IMG/VR virus record: IMGVR_UViG_3300028131_000823
Coordinates: 62,001 to 126,000 of that record
Length of the DNA: 64,000 nucleotides
Strand: one strand, 5' to 3'
This document shows, in pieces, positions 51,026 to 59,805 of the stretch (its first letter is position 1; each line of letters starts with the position of its first letter). The notes beneath the pieces were generated by a model. That model ran no database searches and was not told the origin of the DNA. It was given only the letters and a program-made list of their open reading frames with translations. The position numbers were made by a program, and so were the translations under genes.

Positions 51026-51032
51026 TAAAAAA

Positions 51033-51500
51033 ATGACAGATCAAAAATGGGTAATATTCGACTTAGATGGAACTTTAGCGAATATAGATACAAGAAGAAA
51101 GCTTGCAACTAAGCCAAATGGTAAAATAGATTGGGATATATTTTTCGATCCTGCAAATATAAAGTTAGATCAGCCAAATCATGCTGTGATAAAAATGGCT
51201 CAAATTCTTGCAGAGTCTGGTCACATGATCGCTATCTTTAGTGGTAGAAGTAAAGGTACTCAATTGACTACTAAGAGTTGGTTGGTTAAACACAAAGTAC
51301 CTTTTCATGTAATTAAGATGAGACCAACTGGCAAAGATTGGATGTTTAAGCCAGACGATCAACTTAAACAAAACTGGTTAGATGATTTATTTCCAGATAA
51401 AAGCAACATTGTTTGTGTCTTTGATGACAGAGATAAAGTTGTAAAAATGTGGAGAAATAACGACCTAACATGTATGCAAGTTGCTCCAGGCGACTTTTAA
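51033..51500 (+). CDS. HAD-family 3'-phosphatase (T4 PseT phosphatase-like)
   Basis: IFDLDGTLA, FSGR, MRP.G...PDDQLK, FDDR. Confidence 0.88.
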   Translation: MTDQKWVIFDLDGTLANIDTRRKLATKPNGKIDWDIFFDPANIKLDQPNHAVIKMAQILAESGHMIAIFSGRSKGTQLTTKSWLVKHKVPFHVIKMRPTGKDWMFKPDDQLKQNWLDDLFPDKSNIVCVFDDRDKVVKMWRNNDLTCMQVAPGDF

Positions 51501-51536
51501 TAAACAATATTAATTTTATTCATATAATATAAAGAA

Positions 51537-51761
51537 ATGATAGAAATTTTAGGATATACAGCAACTGCTTTAATTATATTTTCATTTACGATAGAAAATA
51601 TAAAAAGATTAAGAACCGTTAATACAATAGGATGTTTTTTATTTACAATATATGGGCTTTATATTTTAAGCATTCCAATTATAATTACCAACATGGTGAT
51701 TATGGCAATAAACTTACATCAACTTTTAAAAATTATAAAAGAAGAAAGTGGACTTGAATAG
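51537..51761 (+). CDS. YgjV-like small membrane protein
   Basis: EILGY.AT...SF....RLR..N.IG..LF.IYG; 3 TM helices. Confidence 0.6.
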   Translation: MIEILGYTATALIIFSFTIENIKRLRTVNTIGCFLFTIYGLYILSIPIIITNMVIMAINLHQLLKIIKEESGLE

Positions 51762-51880
51762 TTATTATGCAATGACAGCTTCTAAAAGAAATGGCACACC
51801 CATTGAGTATGAAATGGAAGCAATGGGATATGTAAAAGATTATTATATAGGCTCAGGTGCATGGCACTGGAAAAAAAGTG

Positions 51881-51945
51881 AAAAAAAGTGTTAAAAAGTT
51901 TTCACGGGTCAAAGATTATAGTTATATTAGTATTATAATTAAAAC
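51881..51945 (+). promoter_or_regulatory. Early promoter repeat, copy 6
   Basis: Conserved core before the ligase gene. Confidence 0.8.
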
Positions 51946-51956
51946 AAAGATAAAAT

Positions 51957-53249
51957 ATGTTAGAAAAAATAAAAGCTTTTGTAGAGCAAAGTAACTCATC
52001 AAACTCAAACTTAGACAAGTTAAAAGTATTAGAACAGTTTAAGGATGATCTAGAGGTCACTAGAATGCTCAAGTATGTATACTCACCATTTAAACAATAT
52101 TATGTTACTTCAAAAAATCTAAAGAAGAGAAGTGACCTAATGAACTCTCACACTGACAATAATTTGTTTAATTTATTAGATAGATTAAACAATAGAGAAA
52201 TTACAGGCCATACTGCAATTGCAGAAGTTAATGGTTTTATTAATAACAATGAAGAATACGCAGATCTTATTTATAATATTATTGATAGGAATCTTAAAAC
52301 AAGATCTACGACTTCGATGATTAATAAAATTATTCCAGGCTGTGTTCCAACATTTGATGTAGCATTGGCATCTGCGTATGATGATAAAACTAAAAAGAAA
52401 GTAAATTTCATAGAAGACGATTGGTACCTTAGCAGGAAACTTGATGGTGTTAGATGTCTTGCAATCTTTAATGAATGGGGAGAAGTAAGTCTCTACTCAA
52501 GAAGTGGTAAATCATTTCTTACATTAGAGAATGTTAGACAAGAACTTGAAAGTTTAGAACTTACAAACATGGTAATGGATGGTGAAATATGCATGGTAGA
52601 CGAAGATGGAAATGAGGACTTTCAATCAATTATTAAAGAGATTAAAAGAAAGAACCACATAATTGAAAAGCCATTATTTCAAGCATTTGATTTAATTACA
52701 GCAGAGGATTTTGCAAATAAAGTTTCAAAAGAGCCCTTATATCTTAGACTACAGACGCTTGAGATGATTCTAGGCAATCCAAACCTAGAGTATATTAAAT
52801 ATTTACAACAGTATTTAACTACTGGTGAGGACATGGTAAAGGAACAAATGGCAATCGCAGCTAAAGAAGGTTGGGAAGGTTTGATGCTAAGAAAAGACGA
52901 TGTTTATAAAGGTAAGAGAAGCCAAGACATTTTAAAGGTTAAAAAAATGTTTGATGCTGAATATGTCGTAGTAGGTCTTGAAAATGCAATTAACAGAGTA
53001 ATTGTAGATGGTAAAGAAGTAGATGAGATGATGCTTAAAAATGTAGTTATAGAACATAAAGGCAATAGAGTACAAGTTGGCAGTGGCTTTAGTCTTGAAC
53101 AAAAAAGAAACTTTTTTGAAAATCCTAATAAAATATTAAACAAAACCATAACTGTGCAATACTTCGAAGAAACTACAAATCAAGAAGGAGAACATTCACT
53201 AAGGTTCCCAGTAATTAAAGCAGTCTACGAAGAAGCCAGGGATTTTTAA
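51957..53249 (+). CDS. ATP-dependent DNA ligase (gp30-like)
   Basis: RKLDGVR, DGEI, EGLMLRK, KVK, VGSGF, LRFP. Confidence 0.93.
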   Translation: MLEKIKAFVEQSNSSNSNLDKLKVLEQFKDDLEVTRMLKYVYSPFKQYYVTSKNLKKRSDLMNSHTDNNLFNLLDRLNNREITGHTAIAEVNGFINNNEEYADLIYNIIDRNLKTRSTTSMINKIIPGCVPTFDVALASAYDDKTKKKVNFIEDDWYLSRKLDGVRCLAIFNEWGEVSLYSRSGKSFLTLENVRQELESLELTNMVMDGEICMVDEDGNEDFQSIIKEIKRKNHIIEKPLFQAFDLITAEDFANKVSKEPLYLRLQTLEMILGNPNLEYIKYLQQYLTTGEDMVKEQMAIAAKEGWEGLMLRKDDVYKGKRSQDILKVKKMFDAEYVVVGLENAINRVIVDGKEVDEMMLKNVVIEHKGNRVQVGSGFSLEQKRNFFENPNKILNKTITVQYFEETTNQEGEHSLRFPVIKAVYEEARDF

Positions 53250-53259
53250 AGAAAACAAA

Positions 53260-53523
53260 ATGAAAAAAGCGCTAAAACTAGTACAATTTTTTATAATTTT
53301 AATTCTTTTATCTTGTATTATAATTTTAAGAAAAAATATAAAAAATTCAGAAAATAAACATAAGCAAAAGGAAGCTTTATTAGTAGATCAATATTTAGAC
53401 TTACAGATAGACAACAGTAAATTATTAGACCATATTAATTTATTAGACGATGAAATAAAAATATTAGGATCATGTTGTGCAAATGAGGGTTTAACTGCTA
53501 AAGACGCAGAATATGGCGATTAG
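53260..53523 (+). CDS. Membrane-anchored coiled-coil protein (spanin-like candidate)
   Basis: N-terminal TM, then heptads; close to the lysozyme-like gene. Confidence 0.4.
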   Translation: MKKALKLVQFFIILILLSCIIILRKNIKNSENKHKQKEALLVDQYLDLQIDNSKLLDHINLLDDEIKILGSCCANEGLTAKDAEYGD

Positions 53524-53679
53524 ACTTCGAAGCAGAAGAATGAGACACAGGCTTTATGTAGAAGCAAGAATCCATGAATTGCACCAGAAAATAGTTAAAC
53601 AAGTAATAGAAAAAGGAACAGTAAACCACAAGGCAAGAGAATTATTATTAAAATACCATAGTAAATTAAATAAAAAATT

Positions 53680-54198
53680 ATGATTTTTGAAACAATTTCA
53701 GTACCTAAATTTTCAACACTATTAGTACCATTAGCATTTATAGCAGGTTCAATGAAAGAAGAACCTAAAGAAGAATTTTGCATAGATGATAGTAATTTAG
53801 TAATAGAAAAAAAGATAGTAGAAAAACAATTAATTGTCGATTCTACTCTAATACATGCATTAATAAACGTAGAAAGCAGAGGAAATGCAAAATGCATAGG
53901 AGATACGCATCTTGCAGAGCCATCAATTGGCGTCTTACAAATACGTCCAATTATGGTTAGAGAAGTTAATAGAATCCTAAAAATTCAAGGTTCTAAGAAG
54001 CGTTATAAAAGAAAAGACAGATATAGTAGAACAAAATCTATTGAAATGTTTGTTATTTGGAGAGACTTTCATCACAGAGGAGCAAGTGATGAAACAATTG
54101 CAAAATGTTGGAATGGCGGCCCAAAAGGCAGAAAGCTAATTAAGACTCAGCATTATTGGAATAAAGTACAAAAAGAACTTAAAGAAATAAGAGGATGA
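53680..54198 (+). CDS. Lysozyme-like / lytic transglycosylase with N-terminal hydrophobic anchor
   Basis: ALINVESRG...GVLQI...WNGGP. Confidence 0.8.
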   Translation: MIFETISVPKFSTLLVPLAFIAGSMKEEPKEEFCIDDSNLVIEKKIVEKQLIVDSTLIHALINVESRGNAKCIGDTHLAEPSIGVLQIRPIMVREVNRILKIQGSKKRYKRKDRYSRTKSIEMFVIWRDFHHRGASDETIAKCWNGGPKGRKLIKTQHYWNKVQKELKEIRG

Positions 54199-54428
54199 AA
54201 AATTTAGAAAATAGACTTAGGCTTTTTATAAATTGGCTTGAAGACGCAGAGTTCTATAGAGATCACTATAGAGATGGACAACTTGAGACAATGATTAAGA
54301 ATGCACAAGAAGAAACTTGTAGAAAAGTGGCAGATTATTTAAGAGAAGTTTTAGATATGTCAGATGCTGCAGTTAATGAGTGTTTAGATAAGCCAGAAAT
54401 TTTAGACGTAGACGAACAAGAAAAATGA
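54195..54428 (+). CDS. Hypothetical protein
   Basis: Overlapping start/stop in the operon. Confidence 0.6.
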   Translation: MKNLENRLRLFINWLEDAEFYRDHYRDGQLETMIKNAQEETCRKVADYLREVLDMSDAAVNECLDKPEILDVDEQEK

Positions 54429-54607
54429 ATATAGATCAATCATATGATAATGCTTATAGATTATACATGGGTGAAATAGACTATGATGATTTAGGCGAAG
54501 AGTTTTGGTTACCGGTTGACCATACAGATAGAGATGTAATATTAAAACATTATGAAAATGAAGAAGAATATGAACGTTGCCAAAAAATAGTAAATGCAGT
54601 TAGTTAG
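54425..54607 (+). CDS. Hypothetical protein (UVR-like YERCQKI tail)
   Basis: Overlapping start/stop in the operon. Confidence 0.55.
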   Translation: MNIDQSYDNAYRLYMGEIDYDDLGEEFWLPVDHTDRDVILKHYENEEEYERCQKIVNAVS

Positions 54608-54977
54608 TACACACCCAATAAAAAAATCAGATTTAGGCTTTCATGGAAACTTGTTTGGAGGGAAACTTCTGGCTTGGTTAGATGCAGCCGCAGCAAGCTA
54701 TGCAGCAGAAATGTGCGATACTCCAAGAATGGTAACAAAATGTATCGATAAATGTGTTTTCACAAAGCCAGCAAAGGAAGGTCAACTACTAAAAATGTAT
54801 GCTAAGATAGATAGTATAGGAACAACTTCTATAGATTTATATTTAGAAGCCAGAAGCCATAATGTTTATAATGGCAAACAAAATATTATTTTACAAACAA
54901 ATATAAAGTTTGTAAGAATTGATGAGATGGGAGATGCAATTCCAATTTCAGAAAGAGTAAAGGATAAATTTAAATAA
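54594..54977 (+). CDS. Hotdog-fold acyl-CoA thioesterase (YciA-like)
   Basis: GNLFGGKLLAWLDAAA, F..P...G, G.TSI. Confidence 0.88.
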   Translation: MQLVSTHPIKKSDLGFHGNLFGGKLLAWLDAAAASYAAEMCDTPRMVTKCIDKCVFTKPAKEGQLLKMYAKIDSIGTTSIDLYLEARSHNVYNGKQNIILQTNIKFVRIDEMGDAIPISERVKDKFK

Positions 54978-54983
54978 AATAAA

Positions 54984-55730
54984 ATGGCACATATACAATG
55001 GGGCGGATATAAATGGCGTCCAAGAGAAAAATGGGGAACATATCACCCTGACAAAACATATTGCTATTATGATAGAAGCGCAATAGAAATAAATGAAAAG
55101 GACGAAATGATCTTAAAGACTCAAATGAATCCAAAAACATTTAAAGGCAAGTCACTTCATTATAATTCAGAATTAACAGAGCTTGAAATTCCAATAGGAG
55201 TAGGTTTAGTATCAAGCGTTGATGGCTTTGGCTATGGATATTTTGAAATAGAAGCTAAGTTACCAACAGGTAAGAATCTATGGCCTGCATTTTGGATGAG
55301 TCCATTTGAAAGTTGGCCACCTGAAATTGATGTCTTTGAGGCTTATTCAAAAAACAAAGAACACTTTTTTCATTTTAATCTTTTTAATCCATTTGGCTTT
55401 TGGAGAGTTGAAACTAATTTTCACTGTGGAAAGCAACCCGATAATTATAATTTAGGAGCAAAGACACATTGGCTAGGTTGGAAAAATCCAGCAAAACACT
55501 TTAATAAATTTGGATGTTTATGGACTGAAGATGTGATTAAAATATTTTATAATGATAGACTAGTTAGAGAGCTTAAAGATCCAAAGTTATTAGATGAATA
55601 TCGTGGTAAATCAATGAATGTAAAAATAAATGCACATGTTGATGCAGGTGTAGATGTAAACAATCACCCTACTTCAGAATATGTTGTAAGAAATTTTAAA
55701 TATAAATCTTTATCAGAGTTAAACAATTAA
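54984..55730 (+). CDS. GH16 glycoside hydrolase (laminarinase-like)
   Basis: YGYFEIEAKLP.G...WPAFWM, EIDVFE catalytic motif. Confidence 0.88.
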   Translation: MAHIQWGGYKWRPREKWGTYHPDKTYCYYDRSAIEINEKDEMILKTQMNPKTFKGKSLHYNSELTELEIPIGVGLVSSVDGFGYGYFEIEAKLPTGKNLWPAFWMSPFESWPPEIDVFEAYSKNKEHFFHFNLFNPFGFWRVETNFHCGKQPDNYNLGAKTHWLGWKNPAKHFNKFGCLWTEDVIKIFYNDRLVRELKDPKLLDEYRGKSMNVKINAHVDAGVDVNNHPTSEYVVRNFKYKSLSELNN

Positions 55731-55751
55731 TTTTTTTAGTATATAATAAAC

Positions 55752-55919
55752 ATGGAAGAAGCTGAATACAACAAGATAGAAATAGAAATTTTAAAGGAAA
55801 TGGAAAGCCTATTAGCGAGTGAAACTAATACTTCCAATTTAAAAGAAATACAAGGACTAAGAGAAAAACTTAGGAAATTAAGATTAGAGAACTTAGATAA
55901 GTCAAACATTCGTAATTAA
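55752..55919 (+). CDS. Small coiled-coil protein (55 aa, not in ORF track)
   Basis: Follows the middle-type promoter at 55720-55746. Confidence 0.55.
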   Translation: MEEAEYNKIEIEILKEMESLLASETNTSNLKEIQGLREKLRKLRLENLDKSNIRN

Positions 55920-55926
55920 ATAATAC

Positions 55927-56400
55927 ATGAAAATAATATTAGTAGGCAAGGCAGCAGCAGGTAAAGATTATTTTAGAGCAAGGCTGGCAGATAAAGGATT
56001 TAAAGGAGCTGTAAGCCACACAACAAGATCTCCAAGAGAAACAGAAACAGAAGGTGTAGATTATTATTATACAGATGATGAGACCTTTATGAAAATTGTA
56101 GAATCAGGTGATATGCTTGAGTATATGGATTTTAAAGGTTGGAAATATGGAATGACAAGAGAAGAATATGAAAAAAGTGATGTTTTAATTATGTCACCAG
56201 ATGGTCTTAAGTTATTACCAGAAGAAATTAAAAAGGAATGTTTAATAATTTATTTAGACATTAACCCTACCACAAGGTTAACTAGATTAATCTTGAGAGA
56301 TGATAAAGCTTACCATCCAATGTCAAGAGAGATAGAGGATATGAAGCAATTTAACGAATTCGAAGATTATGATCTACGAGTGACCAATCCAGAATTTTAG
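55927..56400 (+). CDS. gmk: Guanylate kinase-like protein
   Basis: GKAAAGKD, VSHTTRSPR..E.EGVDYY, E.......YG. Confidence 0.88.
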   Translation: MKIILVGKAAAGKDYFRARLADKGFKGAVSHTTRSPRETETEGVDYYYTDDETFMKIVESGDMLEYMDFKGWKYGMTREEYEKSDVLIMSPDGLKLLPEEIKKECLIIYLDINPTTRLTRLILRDDKAYHPMSREIEDMKQFNEFEDYDLRVTNPEF

Positions 56401-56434
56401 GATATATAAATAGTAATTTTAAAACAAACAAACA

Positions 56435-56971
56435 ATGACGAATTTAGAAGATTTAAAAACAGAAAGAACAGAACTTGAAGGTAAAGTTACTGAACTTGCA
56501 AAGGCAAATGCGGCTATGATTTTTAACGTAGAAGTTGAAGACGTATCAATGATTAAAACAATACAAGACCACCTAAATAAAGGATATACTTGGGAAACTA
56601 AGAATGCAGCAATTGTTGTAACTTTATTTGATAGGTTAAAGGCAGAAAGAAGTAGAATTAAAAAAGAACTTGAAACAGCAGGTGACGATTATAAAGTAAC
56701 ACTAGAGCTTAAGGCTTATGAGTTAAATGGTCTCTATCAAGCACTCTTAAATGTACAAGGAACTGGCGTTGAAAGCGCAAGAAAATTTGTAAAGATGCTT
56801 ACAATGGTAGGTGAGTCAGTGACTAATGCAATGAATGAACTTACTGAATCTAATAAAGAAATTTCAGAAATGCATGTTAGATTAAGAGATCTTGACACTA
56901 ACATTACTGCAATTGAAAATACGGAAGAAGTTGAACCTACTTTAGAAACTGCAGATGAGACAAAAGGCTAA
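56435..56971 (+). CDS. Late coiled-coil hypothetical protein
   Basis: Late motif at 56401. Confidence 0.65.
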   Translation: MTNLEDLKTERTELEGKVTELAKANAAMIFNVEVEDVSMIKTIQDHLNKGYTWETKNAAIVVTLFDRLKAERSRIKKELETAGDDYKVTLELKAYELNGLYQALLNVQGTGVESARKFVKMLTMVGESVTNAMNELTESNKEISEMHVRLRDLDTNITAIENTEEVEPTLETADETKG

Positions 56972-57491
56972 GAGTCAAAAAAGATTAGACTTCATGGAAT
57001 TAATTTCTGAAGCTATTACACAAGACGATATATTTAATACAATTGATTATAAAAACAAGACTGAAGATCAAATCAAACAATTTGTTTATCCTCATCTTGT
57101 ACAATCACTAACTCAATATTTAGTTGAAAATACTGACACTACTGCTGAAAAAGCAAAAGCAAAGGTAAAAAGAAACTTAAAATGGGAAGGCGATGTTAAT
57201 ACTACCGTACACCATACATTATTTATGGGAACATTAAATAGACCAGATATGGTACTAGAAATGAACGGTATGAATATCGCAATTGAGTTTAGAAGAGGCG
57301 AAAGTGGAAATAGCTTAAGAAGTGGAATCGGACAAAGCCTTGTTTATTCAACAAATTATGATTTTGTAATGTATCTTTTTATTGATACATCAAAAGACCA
57401 AAGAATCAAGAATGCTCAAACAGGCACGAAAGAAGCTCAGTTAATGATGGATCTTTGGAATAGATACAACATTAAATTCACAGTAGCCTAA
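56955..57491 (+). CDS. Restriction-endonuclease-fold (PD-(D/E)xK-like) protein
   Basis: RPDMV...IAIEFRR...IGQSLVY. Confidence 0.6.
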   Translation: MRQKAKSQKRLDFMELISEAITQDDIFNTIDYKNKTEDQIKQFVYPHLVQSLTQYLVENTDTTAEKAKAKVKRNLKWEGDVNTTVHHTLFMGTLNRPDMVLEMNGMNIAIEFRRGESGNSLRSGIGQSLVYSTNYDFVMYLFIDTSKDQRIKNAQTGTKEAQLMMDLWNRYNIKFTVA

Positions 57492-58015
57492 TGGGTAAAA
57501 CATTTATAACAGGTAATATGCAATTAGGGCGCCAATCAGCTATTGGAAAATGGAAGCGCCCTTATAGCACAGTAGATTCAATGACTTCTGATTTAATTAA
57601 AAATTGGAATGAGGTTGTAACTAATGAAGACGTTGTATATCATCTTGGTAATTTTGCATGGGATCCTAAAACAGCATATGATTCATTGCTTTTATTAAAA
57701 GGTAAAAAGATTTTTATGATAATTGGAGAAAATGATCAGCCAATTCTAGATCTTTATAATAAGGGCAATTTACCTAAAAATGTAAAAATATTAGATCCAT
57801 ATTTTTCAATAGACGTTTTAAAGATATGTTTAAACTACTGGCCTATGCAGGAATGGCCTAAAAAATCTAAAAAGTATTATGGAGTTATAGGCTATCCAAC
57901 TCGTAAATACAAAACAGTACCAAAAAAGAGAATGATAAATTGTAGCACTGATCAATGTAACTTTAAGCCACAGGATATTAATTCACTGATGGACTTATTA
58001 AAAGAAATAACATGA
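57491..58015 (+). CDS. Degenerate calcineurin-like metallophosphoesterase
   Basis: Scaffold conserved (M...LIKNWNEVV..EDVVYHLG) but metal ligands substituted. Confidence 0.7.
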   Translation: MGKTFITGNMQLGRQSAIGKWKRPYSTVDSMTSDLIKNWNEVVTNEDVVYHLGNFAWDPKTAYDSLLLLKGKKIFMIIGENDQPILDLYNKGNLPKNVKILDPYFSIDVLKICLNYWPMQEWPKKSKKYYGVIGYPTRKYKTVPKKRMINCSTDQCNFKPQDINSLMDLLKEIT

Positions 58016-58128
58016 TGACATTTTTCGAATTCACATTTCAATCAATATGGCACTTTCTCGGAATGGTGCTACTAATTTCTATCGTGGGCAATACCGTCCT
58101 TGATTTAATAAAAATTTTTAAGAAATAA

Positions 58129-58216
58129 TTGTTAATAACTTTTAGGAAAAAAGTGCCTAAAAGTTTTCACGGGTCAAAGATTATAGTTATATTAGTATTA
58201 TAATTAAAACTTAAAC
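58129..58216 (+). promoter_or_regulatory. Early promoter repeat, copy 7
   Basis: Conserved core. Confidence 0.8.
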
Positions 58217-58408
58217 ATGACAAACATAATCGACACTTGGACTAAAAAAGAATTTTTACAGGTAATGAGCGACGCCTATAAAGACGCACACGGGATTAGA
58301 CCTAGAGGAATTAAATATTCTGAATGGTCTTTAGCAGAACTTAAAGATGAGTTCTTAATGCTGTGTTCAATCGCAGCCGAAAATGAACAGTGGGATAGAG
58401 AACATTAA
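58217..58408 (+). CDS. Small hypothetical early protein
   Basis: SDAYKDAHGIRPRG motif; follows the early repeat. Confidence 0.65.
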   Translation: MTNIIDTWTKKEFLQVMSDAYKDAHGIRPRGIKYSEWSLAELKDEFLMLCSIAAENEQWDREH

Positions 58409-58409
58409 A

Positions 58410-58495
58410 TTGTTCATAACTTTTGAAAAAAAGTGCCCAAAAAATTTCACGGGTCAAAAATTATAGTTATATTAGTATTATAAATTAAAAACGTA
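58410..58495 (+). promoter_or_regulatory. Early promoter repeat, copy 8 (drives the ECF sigma)
   Basis: Conserved core. Confidence 0.8.
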
Positions 58496-58508
58496 AAAAA
58501 CAATAAAT

Positions 58509-59117
58509 ATGCCAAAAACAAAAATCACTTACAGAGAATTAGCAGAAAACTTCGTAGCAACAAGATCACATAAAGATTATAATGCAATTTACAATAGAGT
58601 AAAGCCAGGTCTTAAAACTTATATCTACAAAATAGTAAAAGACAACAGTATCGCAAGCGACTTAACATCAAATGTGCTAATTAAACTGTGGACTAAAATC
58701 GATCAATATAAACCAGAATGGCAAATTACAACATGGTTATACAAGATCGCATTCAATGAAGCCCTAGGTTATATTAAAGAAAGAAACAAAAAATCATCAC
58801 TTGATCAACTAAGAGAATTCGGTGTGCAAGTAGGTGATGATGGTATTATTAATGGTTCTGCAAATGGACTCTTAATGGAATACGAACAAAAAACTGAAAA
58901 TGACTACATTGAAGAAGACGAAGAGCTTATGCAAAAATACGAAAGTGCACTTAAAGCAATTGTAGATCTTAAGCCAATGTACAAAGAAATCATGGAAGAT
59001 AGACTTTTAAAAGGTATGAAATATGAAGACATTTCTGCAAAACATAAGGTCAATTTACAAACAGTTAAAAACAGAATCCGTAGAGGTAAAACATTAATCG
59101 CAGAAAAAATATCATAA
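58509..59117 (+). CDS. ECF-type (group 4) sigma factor
   Basis: Region 2 ASDL...V.IKLW....Y......TWLYKIA.N; region 4 GMKYEDIS......TVKNRIRRG. Confidence 0.88.
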   Translation: MPKTKITYRELAENFVATRSHKDYNAIYNRVKPGLKTYIYKIVKDNSIASDLTSNVLIKLWTKIDQYKPEWQITTWLYKIAFNEALGYIKERNKKSSLDQLREFGVQVGDDGIINGSANGLLMEYEQKTENDYIEEDEELMQKYESALKAIVDLKPMYKEIMEDRLLKGMKYEDISAKHKVNLQTVKNRIRRGKTLIAEKIS

Positions 59118-59139
59118 TCTTAAATCTTAAAAAAATAAA

Positions 59140-59388
59140 ATGAATAATCAAACAAACGATAGAAAGACAAGCCAATTATTAGCAAACTTAAATAAAAGAG
59201 CATTGATGCTTGTAGAAATTTACAACTACTATGAACAAGTTGGAGAAGACATTGATAAAGAAAAAATTGATATGTTAACTGATCAAAAACTAGAAGATCT
59301 ACATGGTCACTGTATGTGGGAGATGGATCAGTTTGAAACTCAGGAAGAAAAAGATATTAAGAATGGTTTGTACGGTGAGGAATATTAA
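59140..59388 (+). CDS. Hypothetical protein
   Basis: ORF downstream of the sigma gene. Confidence 0.6.
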   Translation: MNNQTNDRKTSQLLANLNKRALMLVEIYNYYEQVGEDIDKEKIDMLTDQKLEDLHGHCMWEMDQFETQEEKDIKNGLYGEEY

Positions 59389-59429
59389 TAGGATATATAA
59401 ACAAATCTAAAACATAACATATAATAAAC

Positions 59430-59714
59430 ATGGAAGAACAAACACATATTTTAGACATTTTAATAGAAAAAATATCTAAAGGATTAGATAAAGATGTTAA
59501 AGTTTACTTAGCAATGGATGACGATAAAAAGGAATTACTTGCTATAAAAAAAGGAGATGATGAAAGAGGCTTAGACCTTGCACAAATAGTCAACTCTTAT
59601 GGATTTTATAGAATTTATCAAGCAGATTCTGAAGAAGAAGCACTAGATAAATTAGCTGAAGGACTTGTTAAGTCTATAACAAATATGTTAGAGACAGAAA
59701 ATTCTGAAAAATAA
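59430..59714 (+). CDS. Hypothetical protein
   Basis: Preceded by both late and middle motifs. Confidence 0.6.
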   Translation: MEEQTHILDILIEKISKGLDKDVKVYLAMDDDKKELLAIKKGDDERGLDLAQIVNSYGFYRIYQADSEEEALDKLAEGLVKSITNMLETENSEK

Positions 59715-59720
59715 AAAGAT

Positions 59721-59794
59721 GGGGGTATAGCTCAGTTGGCTAGAGCGCCTGCCTTGCACGCAGGAGGCCGTGGGTTCGAATCCCTCTACCTCCA
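59721..59794 (+). tRNA. tRNA-Ala(UGC)
   Basis: Cloverleaf GGGGGTA/TACCTCC with G3:U70, discriminator A, anticodon TGC; no encoded CCA. Confidence 0.92.
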
Positions 59795-59805
59795 CTATCT
59801 TAATT

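Noticed and set aside
153-58495. Early repeats as a CRISPR array
   Set aside because: Copies are dispersed kilobases apart, each precedes a gene start, and there is no regular spacer array or cas operon (the Cas4-like gene is a typical phage exonuclease)
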